From Lachnospiraceae bacterium (lineage in GTDB: Bacteria > Bacillota > Clostridia > TANB77 > CAG-508): a stretch of DNA of 64,000 nucleotides. The number at the start of each line of letters is the position of its first letter. The stretch's first letter is position 1. Position numbers and translations under genes: made by a program. Below the pieces are notes generated by a model. It saw only the letters and a list, made by a program, of their open reading frames with translations. It ran no database searches and had not been told where the DNA came from. The DNA is taken from contig CAVFFZ010000001.1 of assembly GCA_963621995.1 (NCBI GenBank), forward strand, positions 134,522 through 198,521, in the 5' to 3' direction. This document shows, piece after piece, positions 40,287 to 51,957 of this stretch.

Positions 40287-40408
40287 TTATAACAATTTCT
40301 GCCATATTTATCTTCAACAGAAAGTTATCATACTATGATAACTTTCCTAGAATATAAAAAGAATTTCTATACACTATCATTTGTATAGAAATTCTTTTCT
40401 TTTATTTA

Positions 40409-40855
40409 TTATTCATCTTCTCCATATTTTTCATCATATTCTTGTTGAGCCTCAACAGCTTCTAAAAATGCAACTTTTGCTTCTTCTGCTGCAAGTAAAG
40501 CTAATGTTACAGATTGTTCTGCATATTCTAATTGATTATCAATGTATTTTGATAATTTATCTTTATCATGTGCTTCTTTTCTTTCTTGTATATTTTCTTT
40601 TGCTACTTTGAAATTCATTTGAGCCTTTAAAAGTTCACTTGATATTTTTCCTTTTCCTCTTTCAGATGCAATTCTGCATTGTTCTTTAGCAGCTTCTAAT
40701 CCACTTTTTGCATCTTCCATTTTTGCAGATAATGTATCTTTTGCTTCCATTCCAGCAATAATTGCAGTATCTGTTTCATCTTTAATTTTTGATTTTAATT
40801 TTTTCATTTTCTCATTAAATTCTTCCATTTTTTGTTTTCTTTCTTCTTTAGTCAT
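40409..40855 (-). CDS. Hypothetical coiled-coil protein (148 aa)
   Basis: ORF track; charged helical sequence. Confidence 0.4.
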   Translation of the reverse strand: MTKEERKQKMEEFNEKMKKLKSKIKDETDTAIIAGMEAKDTLSAKMEDAKSGLEAAKEQCRIASERGKGKISSELLKAQMNFKVAKENIQERKEAHDKDKLSKYIDNQLEYAEQSVTLALLAAEEAKVAFLEAVEAQQEYDEKYGEDE

Positions 40856-41076
40856 ACTAACTACCTCCTAATAATATAAATGAATATTTATCTTTAGATA
40901 ACTTCATTTGGTTTTATAATTATATATCATAAGTTTATGAACAATTTATGAACTCTACTAATTCTAATTTTAGCTCATTCGCTAAAATTAATCCAGTAGT
41001 ATCTCGTTATACTACCAATTATGAATTGCAGGAAGCTTTATTAGCCGCACATGATTGATATCCCGTGCGATTTCTT

Positions 41077-41664
41077 TTATTCATCTATATTTGTATTTTC
41101 ATCATTATATTCTAAAGGTATATCTTCATAATCAAATTCATATTTCATAGGTTTATTTCTTTTAGGATGAAATTTATTTGTATTTGGAACTACTACTGTT
41201 CCACTTTTTTCCGCTTTTATTTTTTCTGTAGTATATTCTTTTTCCTTTTTGCATAATTGTTTATTTAAAATATCATTGGTTTTTTCTATTAAATCTGGCA
41301 CATAATCTAATAGTCTATCTATTGTAGAACTATGACTTACTGGTAAAAGTTTTACATTATTTTCTTGTATTACTAAAAAAGCTACTGGAGTAATACTTAC
41401 TCCTGCTCCACTTCCACCTCCAAATGGTAATTTATATTGAATCTGTTCATCTTTGTCTTTTCTACTATACTCATCTATTGCTTCTGTTTTAAATTCGCTT
41501 CCTCCAGCCGCAAAACCAAACCCCACTTTTGAAATTGGAATTATTATTATATTATTTGAGGTTTCTATAGGTTCTCCTATTATAGTATTTACATCTACCA
41601 TATCTCTAATACTATTCATTGCTGTAAGCATAAGCCCTTCTATTGGATGTTCGTTCATTTTCAT
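41077..41664 (-). CDS. ytfJ: Sporulation protein YtfJ/GerW family
   Basis: IPISKVGFGFAAGGSEF block characteristic of GerW/YtfJ. Confidence 0.75.
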   Translation of the reverse strand: MKMNEHPIEGLMLTAMNSIRDMVDVNTIIGEPIETSNNIIIIPISKVGFGFAAGGSEFKTEAIDEYSRKDKDEQIQYKLPFGGGSGAGVSITPVAFLVIQENNVKLLPVSHSSTIDRLLDYVPDLIEKTNDILNKQLCKKEKEYTTEKIKAEKSGTVVVPNTNKFHPKRNKPMKYEFDYEDIPLEYNDENTNIDE

Positions 41665-42286
41665 TACTTCCTTTCCTTACAAAATTTAACATACTAAAAA
41701 TAATATGTACAATTTTAATGTAAATTATACCTTCAAACTTAATGTTATACTCATTTTTATCTTGATATTTTGGGTTAACAATAAAATAACATGTATTTAT
41801 ATTGTTCTTTTCTGTAATATGTGGCAATACAATGCCTATAATACTTGCAATCACAGCAACTAAGTAAGATGTTAATACAGCATCTATTGTTCCTATATTT
41901 ATATTTAATTTTATATTTTTTACTTTTATTTGTATATTTTTAATTAAATTTACTATTTTTATATTTATATTTTCTTTATTTTTTAGTTTTTGGAAATCTA
42001 CCTTTGGCAAACTTTTACTAGAACTAATTTTCTTTATTCTCTTACTATTCAAGTTAATCCATAAAATAGGTATTTTATTAAAAAAATATATACCTATTTT
42101 TATTTTATAGTTGTTATTTAATCTTTTTACATCTCTTTCTTTTTTGTTCTCTAATATTAAATTTGTTACTTTTATTTGTATTGTAGATAATAACATAATT
42201 GTAGTAAAGAAAAGAATTATAATTATTAATCCTAAAAAAATAAAAACTAATACCATCTTTTTCTCCTTTGGTATTAGTTTTTCCAT
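41612..42286 (-). CDS. Membrane protein of the YtfI-like (DUF2953) family
   Basis: N-terminal TM helix and position upstream of ytfJ. Confidence 0.5.
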   Translation of the reverse strand: MEKLIPKEKKMVLVFIFLGLIIIILFFTTIMLLSTIQIKVTNLILENKKERDVKRLNNNYKIKIGIYFFNKIPILWINLNSKRIKKISSSKSLPKVDFQKLKNKENINIKIVNLIKNIQIKVKNIKLNINIGTIDAVLTSYLVAVIASIIGIVLPHITEKNNINTCYFIVNPKYQDKNEYNIKFEGIIYIKIVHIIFSMLNFVRKGSNENERTSNRRAYAYSNE

Positions 42287-42399
42287 TTATTTCTTTTTTA
42301 AACTTTTTATCTTCATTTTATTTGTTTATTTCTAAAGCATATCAACTTTTTTAAGATATTTGTTTGGAATATATTTTTAGTTATATTGTTTCATTTTTT

Positions 42400-43158
42400 C
42401 TAAGCACTCTTTCTTTTTGCTTTTTCTACAACTATATCTCCAAATAATTCTTCTTGAGATGTTATTACTTTACTTCTTCTAGATAATTCCAAAAGTCCTG
42501 TAAAAGCTGTTACAACTTCATTTTTATTACTTTCAGAAACTTTATATAATTTGTTAAAAATAAATTTTGGTTTTCTTAAAAGTTCTCTAAACATTTCTTT
42601 TACTTTGCTTCCAACTGTATATGTATCTGTAATAGCTATTTTTTCAATATTTTTTGCATTTTGATTTAAGCGATTTTTGTTGCTTTCTACTATTTTAGTA
42701 TATAATTCTATAATTGTTTCTTTTTTGTATTCTCTTTCTAATTTTTGTTTTGGTAATTCTATATTTTCTTGTAATTTAAAGCATCTTTTACTATTTTGCT
42801 CATAAAATTCTCTTATCTTTTTTGATATTTCCTTATATTTTTTATATTCAATAATTCTTTGTAATAGTTCTTCTTCTGTTAATTCTCTCTCATCTTCCAC
42901 TTCTGTTGGCAACAAATTTTTAGATTTTATATAAAGAAGTGTAGAGGCCATAATTAAAAATTCACTAGTTACTTCTAAATTTATTTCTTCCATTTGACTA
43001 ATATATGCAATATATTGATCTGTTATTTCACTTAATTTTATATCATATATATCCATTTTATTTTTGTCTATTAAATGGCATAATAAATCAAGTGGTCCTT
43101 CAAAATTTTCTAATTTAATTGCATATTTATTAGTCTCTAATGTTAATACATTTTGCAT
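42400..43158 (-). CDS. scpA: Segregation and condensation protein A (ScpA)
   Basis: LENFEGPLDLLCHLIDKNKMDIYDIKLSEITDQYIAYI kleisin N-terminal motif. Confidence 0.85.
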   Translation of the reverse strand: MQNVLTLETNKYAIKLENFEGPLDLLCHLIDKNKMDIYDIKLSEITDQYIAYISQMEEINLEVTSEFLIMASTLLYIKSKNLLPTEVEDERELTEEELLQRIIEYKKYKEISKKIREFYEQNSKRCFKLQENIELPKQKLEREYKKETIIELYTKIVESNKNRLNQNAKNIEKIAITDTYTVGSKVKEMFRELLRKPKFIFNKLYKVSESNKNEVVTAFTGLLELSRRSKVITSQEELFGDIVVEKAKRKSA

Positions 43159-43245
43159 TTTTTATCTCCATTTCCTTTGGCTTACTTATTACTTTTTTCA
43201 TTTATTTTTTCCATGTCTATATTTATACTTTATTTGTTTTTTGCT

Positions 43246-43725
43246 TTATTCCTCTATCTTTTGCATTGCGTTTTTTATGCTTTCTTCTCTATATCCTTTT
43301 TTTAATAAGTATCCTTTTATTTCTGCTTCATCCATATTGGCAATCTTTTTTAGTACAATATTATCTGCTGATTTTTGTTCATATTCTTCTAATTCTTCAA
43401 TATTTTTTGAAACATATTCTTCTACCATAGAATTTGATATTCCTTTTGATATTAACTTATATTTTATTTCTTTTATAGAAAGATTTTTAAGTGCCATATA
43501 TTCATCAACTGTCCTTTTGATATAATTTTCGTCACTTATATATCCATTTTCTTTTAATTCTTCTATTATGTCTTCTAACATATTTTCATCTATTAGTGTT
43601 TTAAATTTTGTTTTTACCTCTCTAATAGTTCTCTTTTTATATATTACATATTTTAATACTTTCGTTTTTTCTTTATCATATTCTTCTATGGTATACATAT
43701 AATTTTTCCTTACTACTTTTTTCAC
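43246..43725 (-). CDS. recX: Regulatory protein RecX
   Basis: ~160-aa helical repeat protein immediately downstream of recA. Confidence 0.6.
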   Translation of the reverse strand: MKKVVRKNYMYTIEEYDKEKTKVLKYVIYKKRTIREVKTKFKTLIDENMLEDIIEELKENGYISDENYIKRTVDEYMALKNLSIKEIKYKLISKGISNSMVEEYVSKNIEELEEYEQKSADNIVLKKIANMDEAEIKGYLLKKGYREESIKNAMQKIEE

Positions 43726-43735
43726 ATTTTATATT

Positions 43736-44809
43736 TTATTCTTCATCTTCGTCTTTTTCTGTTTCTTCACCTAAGCTCTTTTCAAAAGCTTCATTGAAGT
43801 TTGCTCTTATTTTTTCTTCTATTTCTTTAGCTATTTCTGGATTGTCTTGTAAATATTTTTTAACATTTTCTCTACCTTGACCAATTCTTTCTCCATTGTA
43901 GCTAAACCAAGAACCACTTTTTTCTATTATGTTTAGATTAACAGCTATATCTAATATATTTCCTTCCTTTGAAATACCTTTTCCATATACTATATCAAAT
44001 TCTGCCTCTCTAAATGGTGGAGCAACTTTATTTTTTACAACCTTAACTCTTGCACGGTTTCCTACTACTTCTCCGTCTTGTTTAATATTTTCTACTTTTC
44101 TAATATCTAGACGAACTGATGCATAGTATTTTAATGCTCTACCACCAGCTGTTGTCTCAGGATTACCAAACATAACTCCTACTTTTTCTCTTAATTGGTT
44201 TATAAATATAATAACTGATTTTGATTTATTTATAGCACCTGCTAATTTTCTTAATGCTTGTGACATAAGTCTTGCTTGAAGACCAATATGTGAGTCTCCC
44301 ATATCTCCATCTATTTCTGCTTTTGGTACTAGTGCTGCAACAGAGTCAATAACTATAACGTCTAATGCTCCACTTCTAACTAATGCTTCTGCTATTTCTA
44401 ATGCTTGTTCACCTGTATCTGGTTGAGATACTATTAAATTATCTATATCTACACCTAAATGTTTAGCATATACAGGATCTAATGCATGTTCTGCATCTAT
44501 AAATGCTGCTTCTCCACCTAATTTTTGCGCTTCTGCAATCATATGTAATGCTAATGTTGTTTTTCCAGAAGATTCTGGCCCATATACTTCTATTATTCTT
44601 CCTCTAGGAATTCCTCCTATACCTAATGCTATATCTAAGCTTAATGCTCCTGTTGGTATAGCTTCTACATTCATTGCTTGGAAATCTCCTAGTTTCATTA
44701 CAGAACCTTTTCCAAATTGTTTTTCTATTTGTCCTAATGCAGCTTCTAGTGCTCTCATTTTCTCTGAATTTTCTTTTTCCATTATTTTTCCTCCTAATCC
44801 GTTTTTCAA
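43736..44809 (-). CDS. recA: Recombinase RecA; the likely start is the internal MEKEN
   Basis: [20 protein letters not shown] Walker A and a conserved RecA core throughout. Confidence 0.95.
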   Translation of the reverse strand: MKNGLGGKIMEKENSEKMRALEAALGQIEKQFGKGSVMKLGDFQAMNVEAIPTGALSLDIALGIGGIPRGRIIEVYGPESSGKTTLALHMIAEAQKLGGEAAFIDAEHALDPVYAKHLGVDIDNLIVSQPDTGEQALEIAEALVRSGALDVIVIDSVAALVPKAEIDGDMGDSHIGLQARLMSQALRKLAGAINKSKSVIIFINQLREKVGVMFGNPETTAGGRALKYYASVRLDIRKVENIKQDGEVVGNRARVKVVKNKVAPPFREAEFDIVYGKGISKEGNILDIAVNLNIIEKSGSWFSYNGERIGQGRENVKKYLQDNPEIAKEIEEKIRANFNEAFEKSLGEETEKDEDEE

Positions 44810-44941
44810 ACGCTTGTTTGTATTTATTATATACTAAGATATTTTTTTGTCAAGCATTTTTTTTAATTTTTTTATTTTATTTTTATATGTGAATTTATGC
44901 ATATTAAAAACTCTATTGTAATTGAATTTTAGTATTTGTTT

Positions 44942-46528
44942 TTATATTCGATACCAATTTTCCAAACCATAATAACTAAAGTAATTATTTCCTTTTATTT
45001 CTCCAGCTAAATTTTGATTTTTAACTATGTTAGTTCTTCCTCGATATATTCCAATAAATGGTTGTTCATCAAAAAATATATTTACTATTCTTTCATATTT
45101 TTCTTTTAGTGTTTGATCTTCTTTTATATTTTTTATTTGCGATAATATTTCATTTATCTCATTATTAGAGTAATTTTGTAAATTATTTTCTCCCAAAAAT
45201 GAAGTTAAATCTGGACTATATGAATTATAAACACCCGTTAATATCATTTCATAACTTTTATTTTCTAATATTTGTTTATATTTACTGTCTGATACCTTTT
45301 GTATAGTCACGTTTATTCCTATATCTTGTAACTGATTTTTTATATTTTCTGCAACTGCTACTCTTTTTACATTTGAACTATTAACAGTAAGTGTAAGATT
45401 TAGGCTTTTAGTTTTATAATTTTCTGTTTTTTGCCAACGTTTATTTTTATATTCCCATCCATTATCTTCTAATATTTTTTTAGATTGTTCAGGATTATAT
45501 CCTGAACTATTTGTTTCTCTATTGTATAAATAATTTCCATAGTCTAAAGGGAACTCCGCTACATAACCCTGGTTATTATATATGCTAGACAATATATTTG
45601 TTTTTTCTATTGCATAATTTATTGCCTTTCTTACATTTGAATCTTTTAATACTGCATTCTGACAATTAAATGCTAAGTAATCAAACTCCCTTGATTTTAC
45701 TTGTGTATTTGCATATCCTATTGTTCCTATATATTGCTCTAAATTTTCATTTTCTGTTGTGAATATATCTACATTACCTAATTTGAAACTATTATATAAT
45801 TCGCCAACTTCACTATATTGTTTTATGTATATTTTTTCAATTTTTGAATCTTTATTTTTTATATTCCACCATTTTAAATTTTTTTCAAGTACTATATATG
45901 AACTATCTATTTTAGATATTTTGTACATACCTGTTCCCTGAGGAATTTTAGCTGATTCATAAAAATCTTCTCCTAAATAATAATTGTTTGGCATAATAGG
46001 AAATGTAAGATTATATTCAAAAAATGGTACTTCTTCACTTAGATTAATTTTTACTGTACTTGCATCTAAAATTTCTACACTTATGACTTTTTCTACATTA
46101 TAAGAATATATAGATTTTCCTTCTTTTAACCTATCTATTGTAAATTGAATATCTTTAGCTATTAAAGGACTTCCATCATGCCATTTTTTATTATTGTCTA
46201 TTTTTACAACATACGTTGTATCAGATGTTTTTGAACATTCTGTAGCTAAACACATTTCTAATTTGTAGTCTTCTGTTACATTCATTAATGGTTCAAATAT
46301 AAGTTTTCCTATATTTAAAACTTCTTTATTATTTGAAATTAAAGGATTTATTGTATCGTAGTTTGAAATTCCGAGTCTTAAATCTTTAACTTCTGTAGTT
46401 TCTTCTACAACATTTTCTTCTATGTTATTTTGCTTGTCCTCTTTTTTAAAATAAATCATATAGATAGCAAAAATAACAATAACTACAACAAATATAATAA
46501 AGATATATTTAAAGAAATTTGATTTCAT
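44942..46528 (-). CDS. ABC transporter substrate-binding protein, family 5 (Opp/Dpp-like), membrane anchored
   Basis: N-terminal TM/lipo-like anchor; ~500-aa SBP_bac_5-like architecture. Confidence 0.55.
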   Translation of the reverse strand: MKSNFFKYIFIIFVVVIVIFAIYMIYFKKEDKQNNIEENVVEETTEVKDLRLGISNYDTINPLISNNKEVLNIGKLIFEPLMNVTEDYKLEMCLATECSKTSDTTYVVKIDNNKKWHDGSPLIAKDIQFTIDRLKEGKSIYSYNVEKVISVEILDASTVKINLSEEVPFFEYNLTFPIMPNNYYLGEDFYESAKIPQGTGMYKISKIDSSYIVLEKNLKWWNIKNKDSKIEKIYIKQYSEVGELYNSFKLGNVDIFTTENENLEQYIGTIGYANTQVKSREFDYLAFNCQNAVLKDSNVRKAINYAIEKTNILSSIYNNQGYVAEFPLDYGNYLYNRETNSSGYNPEQSKKILEDNGWEYKNKRWQKTENYKTKSLNLTLTVNSSNVKRVAVAENIKNQLQDIGINVTIQKVSDSKYKQILENKSYEMILTGVYNSYSPDLTSFLGENNLQNYSNNEINEILSQIKNIKEDQTLKEKYERIVNIFFDEQPFIGIYRGRTNIVKNQNLAGEIKGNNYFSYYGLENWYRI

Positions 46529-46708
46529 AATTCACCTCTTATTTTTTCTTTATCATATAAGATATTATCTTTTTTTGCAATATTTATTCAATTTTTATTT
46601 TGTTTATTTTGGAAATAATTAAGATTAAAAAATTATATATGATTTAAAAAATCTAAATTTGCATTTAGAATTTTAAAAACTCTAAATGCAAATTTAAATA
46701 CTTTTTTA

Positions 46709-46972
46709 TTATTTTCTTGACTCTACAATAATTTTTATACCAGTTCTGTCTTCTCCTTCAACTTCAACTTCCGCAAATGCTGGTATACATACTAAATCCA
46801 CTCCTGCTGGTGCTACAAAACCTCTAGCTATAGCTACCGCCTTTACTGCTTGATTTAATGCTCCTGCTCCAATTGCTTGCATTTCTGCTTTGTTTTCTTC
46901 TTTTACCAAACCTGCTATAGCTCCTGCTACTGAATTTGGGTTTGATTTTGATGAAATCTTTAAAACTTCCAT
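46709..46972 (-). CDS. spoVS: Stage V sporulation protein S
   Basis: MEVLKISSKSNPNSVAGAIAGL...AIGAGALNQAVKAVAIARGF is a near-canonical SpoVS sequence. Confidence 0.9.
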   Translation of the reverse strand: MEVLKISSKSNPNSVAGAIAGLVKEENKAEMQAIGAGALNQAVKAVAIARGFVAPAGVDLVCIPAFAEVEVEGEDRTGIKIIVESRK

Positions 46973-47102
46973 TTTTTGCCTCCTATAATTTTATTTTTAT
47001 TTGAATTACAGGTATAGTTATAATATAAAAATTTCAAAATGTCTAGTAGTTTTTGGTAAAAAATGGAAAAAATTTTCTTTCAATTTTGCTATTTTTCGCC
47101 AT

Positions 47103-47876
47103 TTATTTTATATTTACTCTTTCTACTGATACAGCTCGACAATTTTCGTCATTTATTTCTATTATACAGCCATTAAGAATACAATTTCCCTCTGCTAATT
47201 TATATCTTTCTGGAAGTGATGTTACAAATCTTTTTACAGACACGTCTACATCCATTCCTATTACAGAATTTTTTGGTCCAGTCATCCCTATATCTGTAAT
47301 ATATGCTGTTCCTTTTGCAGTTACTTCCTCATCTGCTGTTTGTACGTGTGTATGTGTTCCAAATATTGCTGTAACTTTCCCATCTAAAAAATATTTCATT
47401 GCTATCTTTTCTGCGGTTGCCTCTGCATGGAAATCTACAATTATTATATCTGCTTTTTCTTTTACTTCATTTAATATATCTTCAATTTTAGAAAAAGGGT
47501 TATCTGATTGAACTCCCATATCTGTTCTTCCTATTAAATTAACTACACATATATTTTTTCCATTTTGACTATATATGTGGTAGCCTTTTCCTACAACTCC
47601 TCTAGAGTAGTTTGCTGGTCTATTTATTAAATCATCATCTATAAATGTAAATATATCTTTTTTACCCCATGTATGATTTCCCATAGTAATTGCGTTTACA
47701 TTTAGTCTTTTTAAATCATTGAAAATAGCTGTTGTTATTCCCATTCCTCCCGCTGAATTTTCTGCATTTACAATTACAAAATCTATTTTAGCTTCTTGCC
47801 TTAATTTAGGCAAAACTTCTTTTAATTTTCTGACTCCACTTTCTCCTACTAAATCTCCTACTGCTAACACTCTCAT
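47103..47876 (-). CDS. ymdB: YmdB-like metallophosphoesterase (2',3'-cyclic-nucleotide phosphodiesterase family)
   Basis: MRVLAVGDLVGESG...VIVNAENSAGGMGIT...MGNHTWGKK. Confidence 0.8.
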   Translation of the reverse strand: MRVLAVGDLVGESGVRKLKEVLPKLRQEAKIDFVIVNAENSAGGMGITTAIFNDLKRLNVNAITMGNHTWGKKDIFTFIDDDLINRPANYSRGVVGKGYHIYSQNGKNICVVNLIGRTDMGVQSDNPFSKIEDILNEVKEKADIIIVDFHAEATAEKIAMKYFLDGKVTAIFGTHTHVQTADEEVTAKGTAYITDIGMTGPKNSVIGMDVDVSVKRFVTSLPERYKLAEGNCILNGCIIEINDENCRAVSVERVNIK

Positions 47877-47895
47877 TTTATCGCCTTCCTTCTTT

Positions 47896-48615
47896 TTATT
47901 TCACTACAATTATATCATAACCTATAAATAGCCCACTCTCTACTACGCCATCTATTTGTAATAATTTTTCTTCTAAATCTGCTTCTATTTTATTAAACCA
48001 AACATGAATTATAAAATTTCCGTTATCTGTTATAAGTGGTTTATCTTCATTGTTTGACATTCTTAATTCTACTTTTGCTACATCTAGCTTTAATAAATTT
48101 TCCTTTACTTCTTCTACTTTATCCTGCTTTACTTCTATTGGAACAGGATGCTTTTCTCCAAGTCTTTCTACAAATTTTGAATTATCTACTAATATATAAT
48201 TTTCATTTGAACTTTTTATATTTAATTTTTCTTTATATAATGCTGCTCCCATTCCTTTTATAAGCCAATTGTGAGAATCTATTTCATCTGCTCCGTCGAA
48301 GCACCAATCAGGCTTATTTTCTTCTAATGTAATAGTTTTAATATTTAATTCATTGCATAAATCCTCAATAATTTTTGAAGTAGGAATAGCTTTTATTTGT
48401 AAATTTTCTTCTTTTACTTTTTTAGCTATCTCTAATACTGTTTGGTATGAAGTGCTTCCAGAACCAAAACCTATTACTTCTCCATCTTTTACTCTTGTTG
48501 CCATTCTTTTGGCTAATTTTATTTTTTCTTCTTTATTACTTACATTATTTTTCCAATCAAACTCTTGCATTTTTCCTCCTATGTTCCATTGAAGACATTT
48601 CCTTTTGAAGTCCAT
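47896..48615 (-). CDS. rpiA: Ribose-5-phosphate isomerase A
   Basis: VIGFGSGST, DGADEID, IKGMGAALYKEKL blocks. Confidence 0.8.
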   Translation of the reverse strand: MDFKRKCLQWNIGGKMQEFDWKNNVSNKEEKIKLAKRMATRVKDGEVIGFGSGSTSYQTVLEIAKKVKEENLQIKAIPTSKIIEDLCNELNIKTITLEENKPDWCFDGADEIDSHNWLIKGMGAALYKEKLNIKSSNENYILVDNSKFVERLGEKHPVPIEVKQDKVEEVKENLLKLDVAKVELRMSNNEDKPLITDNGNFIIHVWFNKIEADLEEKLLQIDGVVESGLFIGYDIIVVK

Positions 48616-48710
48616 TGTAGTAGATAAAATACTCCAAAAGGACTTTATGCACCAAAAGGAAATCTTCCTAATGGGTATTGACTGTTTTTTTGCTCCGTCC
48701 CCAAAAACAG

Positions 48711-51700
48711 TTACTCTATACTTTTTAAACTTTCTATCATGTCTATTTTCTTTAATGAGAAATATGTTACCACATTTACCATTAATGTAAATACTATTGT
48801 AATTATAATAGCATATAAATAGCTAATTGGCTTTATTTCTTTTCCAAATCTTATTACATTTATTTCACACGTTTTTATTATAAACATATTTAACAAATAT
48901 CCGCCCAATAAACCAAGTATTATTCCTATTACTGTTAATATCACTGTTTCTCTTGTTACATAATCATATACTTCTTTATCGTAAAATCCAAGTACTTTTA
49001 TTGTAGCAAGTTCTCTTATTCTTTCGCTAATATTTACATTTGATAGGTTATATAATACTACAAATGCAAGTAATCCTGCTGATATTATTAAAATTACTAC
49101 TACATAATTTAATGAGTTCATCATGTCTTTCATTAAACTTTCCATATTTGAGTTTAATGCTACTGCATTTACATTTTCATCTTTTAGCAATTCTTTTGCC
49201 ATTTCTTTTTCTTGTTCTTCATCTTTTACACTATTTTGAACATATAGTACATTTGTATTGTATTCTCCATATGTCTCTTCATATAGTTCTTTTGGCATAT
49301 ATACATAATGATAAATGTAGTTTTCTACAATATTAGAAATTTCAAATTCTTTTTGGTTATTATCGTTATCTTTTAATGTGATTTTTTCTCCTTGTTTTAC
49401 ATTTAGAAGTTGCGCAACTTTATCTGTAATAGCTATTTTTCCTTCTTCTAATTGTATTTTTTCTTTTTCCTTTGTATCTATTAATTGAATTACATTTTCT
49501 ATTTTCTCGTCTTTTGGAACTATAATTTGTATGTCTTCTTCTTTTTCTCCATTTACTAAAGTTCCTGATGTCATATATGTTTCTACTACCTTACTTACTT
49601 CTTCTTTTTTCTCTAGTCTTTGTATAAACTCTTGCACGCTTTCGTTTTGAGTACTATTTTTCAAACTAATTTGCATATCATAATGATATATTTTTTGATA
49701 TTGGCTTGGTATTATTGCAGATATTGCGTCTTTTATTCCAAAGCCTGTTAAAATAAGTGCTGTACAGCCTGCAATTCCTATAATTGTCATTAAAAATCTT
49801 TTCTTGTAACGGAATATATTTCGAACTGTTACTTTTTGGTTAAATTTTAAATGTTTCCATATAAATGGTATTTTTTCTAAAAGAACTCTCTTTCCTGGGT
49901 TTGGTGCTTTTGGTCTCATAAGTTCTGAAGGAGTTTCCCCTAAAGAGCTTAAAACTGTATATAATGTAGCTCCTATTATACATATACTTGCAAGTCCAAG
50001 TCCTAATATAGCATAATACCAATTAAATTTAATTACTAAATCTGGCAATGAGTACATCATATTATACATCATTAATATTATTCTTGGAAGTAGCTGAAAT
50101 CCTACTAACATTCCAAAAACTCCACCTACAATACATGCTATTCCTGCATATAACAAATATTTCATTGCTATTTGCATTTTGTTATATCCTAGTGCTTTTA
50201 ATGTACCTATTTGAACTCTTTGCTCTTCTACCATTCTTGTCATAGATGTTAAAGAAATTAAAGTTGCTATAACAAAGAACACTATTGGAAATACTTTTCC
50301 TAAATTTTCTATACTTTTACTATCTTGTACATAGTTGCTATAACCTGTATTTGACTCCCTGTCTAAAATATACCATGTTGGATGATCTATTTTATCTATT
50401 TCTTCTTTTGCATCTGAAATTTTTTTCTCTGCTTCTTTTATTTTGTCATTATACTCATTTCTATTTTTATTTAATTCTTCTTTTCCTTCTTCTAATTCTT
50501 TTTTTGAAGTATTTATTTTTTGCTGTGCAGTTTTAAATTCAGCATTTGCCTGCTCCCTTGAATTACTTAATGTTTCTTCTTGTTTAGCTAATTTCTCTTT
50601 TGCTTGTTTTAGTTCTTCTGTTCCTTCTTGTAATTTTGTATTTATTGTACTTATTCCATTTTCTATTTGGTTTATTCCCTTTTCTACTTGTTTCTTATTT
50701 ACATTTAAATTTTCTATTGTTTCCTCTAAACTAGCTTTTTGTATTTGTAAATTTGTTATTTGCTCTTGTGTTAAAGTTGTATTTTTTAAGCTTTCTAATA
50801 TATTTTGATATTGCTTTTCTAGTGTGCTAATATTTGTATTTAATTCATTTAAATTATTTTGCATATCTTCTTTTTGAGCGTTTAAGTTTTCAATTTGCTT
50901 GTTTGCTTCTTCTTCCTGTTTTGGCATATTTTGTTCTTGAATGGCAATTTCATTTTTTGCCTCTTCTAATTGTTTTTCTGCAGTTTGAAATTTACTTTCA
51001 GCTTCAGCCTTTTCATTATTTAAAGTATTTTGTGCAGATTCTATTTCATTTTCTCCTCTTGTTATCTCATTTTCTGCATCTGTTAATTTTTGTTCTGCAG
51101 TTTGTTTTTCTTCTTCTAGCTCTTCTTCTGCTTCTTGCAGTTTTTCTTCTGCCTCTTTTCTTACCTCTTCATATCTTGCATTTTGCCTTTGTTCTTTTAT
51201 TTTTTCCACTTCATCTTTTGCTTTCTGAATATAATTTTTGTATTCTTGTGAAGAAGTTTCCATTTTGCTTGCATTTTTTAATGTAATATAAATTTGTGTG
51301 TATACCTCACTTTCAAAGCTTTCTTTTGGCAAATATAAATTATAGCTTACCTTTCCAGAACCTAATTTAGAAGAATCTCTTTCCCTTGAAATATACAAAG
51401 GACTTTCCATAGTTCCAACAATTGTAATCTCTTTTTCTTTTATTATACTATCTTCATCTGTTTCAATTGTTAAAGTGTCTCCTATATTTTTATTTTTTAA
51501 TTTACAAAATGTTTCCTCTACTAAACATTCATTAGCATTTTGTGGCATTCTTCCTTCAAGTAAAGTTACTATATTTACACTATCTAATGACAATACTTTT
51601 GTTACAATTTCAGTATCTTCATAGTTTAATAAAACATCTTCACTATATTCACCATAAACATTTTCTATTTTATCTATTTTCTTTAAAGCTTTTATATCTT

Positions 51701-51911
51701 CATCAGTTAAACCTAATGTTGAAATTACCTCTATATCATATACATTATTTTCGTCAAATCTTTTATCTAATGTATAAATCATATCCGGGCTTGCTGCTCT
51801 AATTCCTGCAAAAAAGCCCACACCTAAAAAAGCCATTAATAAAATGGATATAAAACGTTTATATGTGTTTTTTATTTCTTTTAAGCTATCTTTTATTAGT
51901 GCCTTTTTCAT
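48711..51911 (-). CDS. FtsX-like ABC transporter permease with a very long extracytoplasmic coiled-coil domain (1066 aa)
   Basis: Two FtsX permease modules flank a ~350-aa heptad-rich segment. It is paired with the ATPase gene upstream. Confidence 0.7.
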   Translation of the reverse strand: MKKALIKDSLKEIKNTYKRFISILLMAFLGVGFFAGIRAASPDMIYTLDKRFDENNVYDIEVISTLGLTDEDIKALKKIDKIENVYGEYSEDVLLNYEDTEIVTKVLSLDSVNIVTLLEGRMPQNANECLVEETFCKLKNKNIGDTLTIETDEDSIIKEKEITIVGTMESPLYISRERDSSKLGSGKVSYNLYLPKESFESEVYTQIYITLKNASKMETSSQEYKNYIQKAKDEVEKIKEQRQNARYEEVRKEAEEKLQEAEEELEEEKQTAEQKLTDAENEITRGENEIESAQNTLNNEKAEAESKFQTAEKQLEEAKNEIAIQEQNMPKQEEEANKQIENLNAQKEDMQNNLNELNTNISTLEKQYQNILESLKNTTLTQEQITNLQIQKASLEETIENLNVNKKQVEKGINQIENGISTINTKLQEGTEELKQAKEKLAKQEETLSNSREQANAEFKTAQQKINTSKKELEEGKEELNKNRNEYNDKIKEAEKKISDAKEEIDKIDHPTWYILDRESNTGYSNYVQDSKSIENLGKVFPIVFFVIATLISLTSMTRMVEEQRVQIGTLKALGYNKMQIAMKYLLYAGIACIVGGVFGMLVGFQLLPRIILMMYNMMYSLPDLVIKFNWYYAILGLGLASICIIGATLYTVLSSLGETPSELMRPKAPNPGKRVLLEKIPFIWKHLKFNQKVTVRNIFRYKKRFLMTIIGIAGCTALILTGFGIKDAISAIIPSQYQKIYHYDMQISLKNSTQNESVQEFIQRLEKKEEVSKVVETYMTSGTLVNGEKEEDIQIIVPKDEKIENVIQLIDTKEKEKIQLEEGKIAITDKVAQLLNVKQGEKITLKDNDNNQKEFEISNIVENYIYHYVYMPKELYEETYGEYNTNVLYVQNSVKDEEQEKEMAKELLKDENVNAVALNSNMESLMKDMMNSLNYVVVILIISAGLLAFVVLYNLSNVNISERIRELATIKVLGFYDKEVYDYVTRETVILTVIGIILGLLGGYLLNMFIIKTCEINVIRFGKEIKPISYLYAIIITIVFTLMVNVVTYFSLKKIDMIESLKSIE

Positions 51912-51957
51912 ATTTAATCACTTTCCTCTTTCTTGTTATAAATCTAGTTTTAAAAAA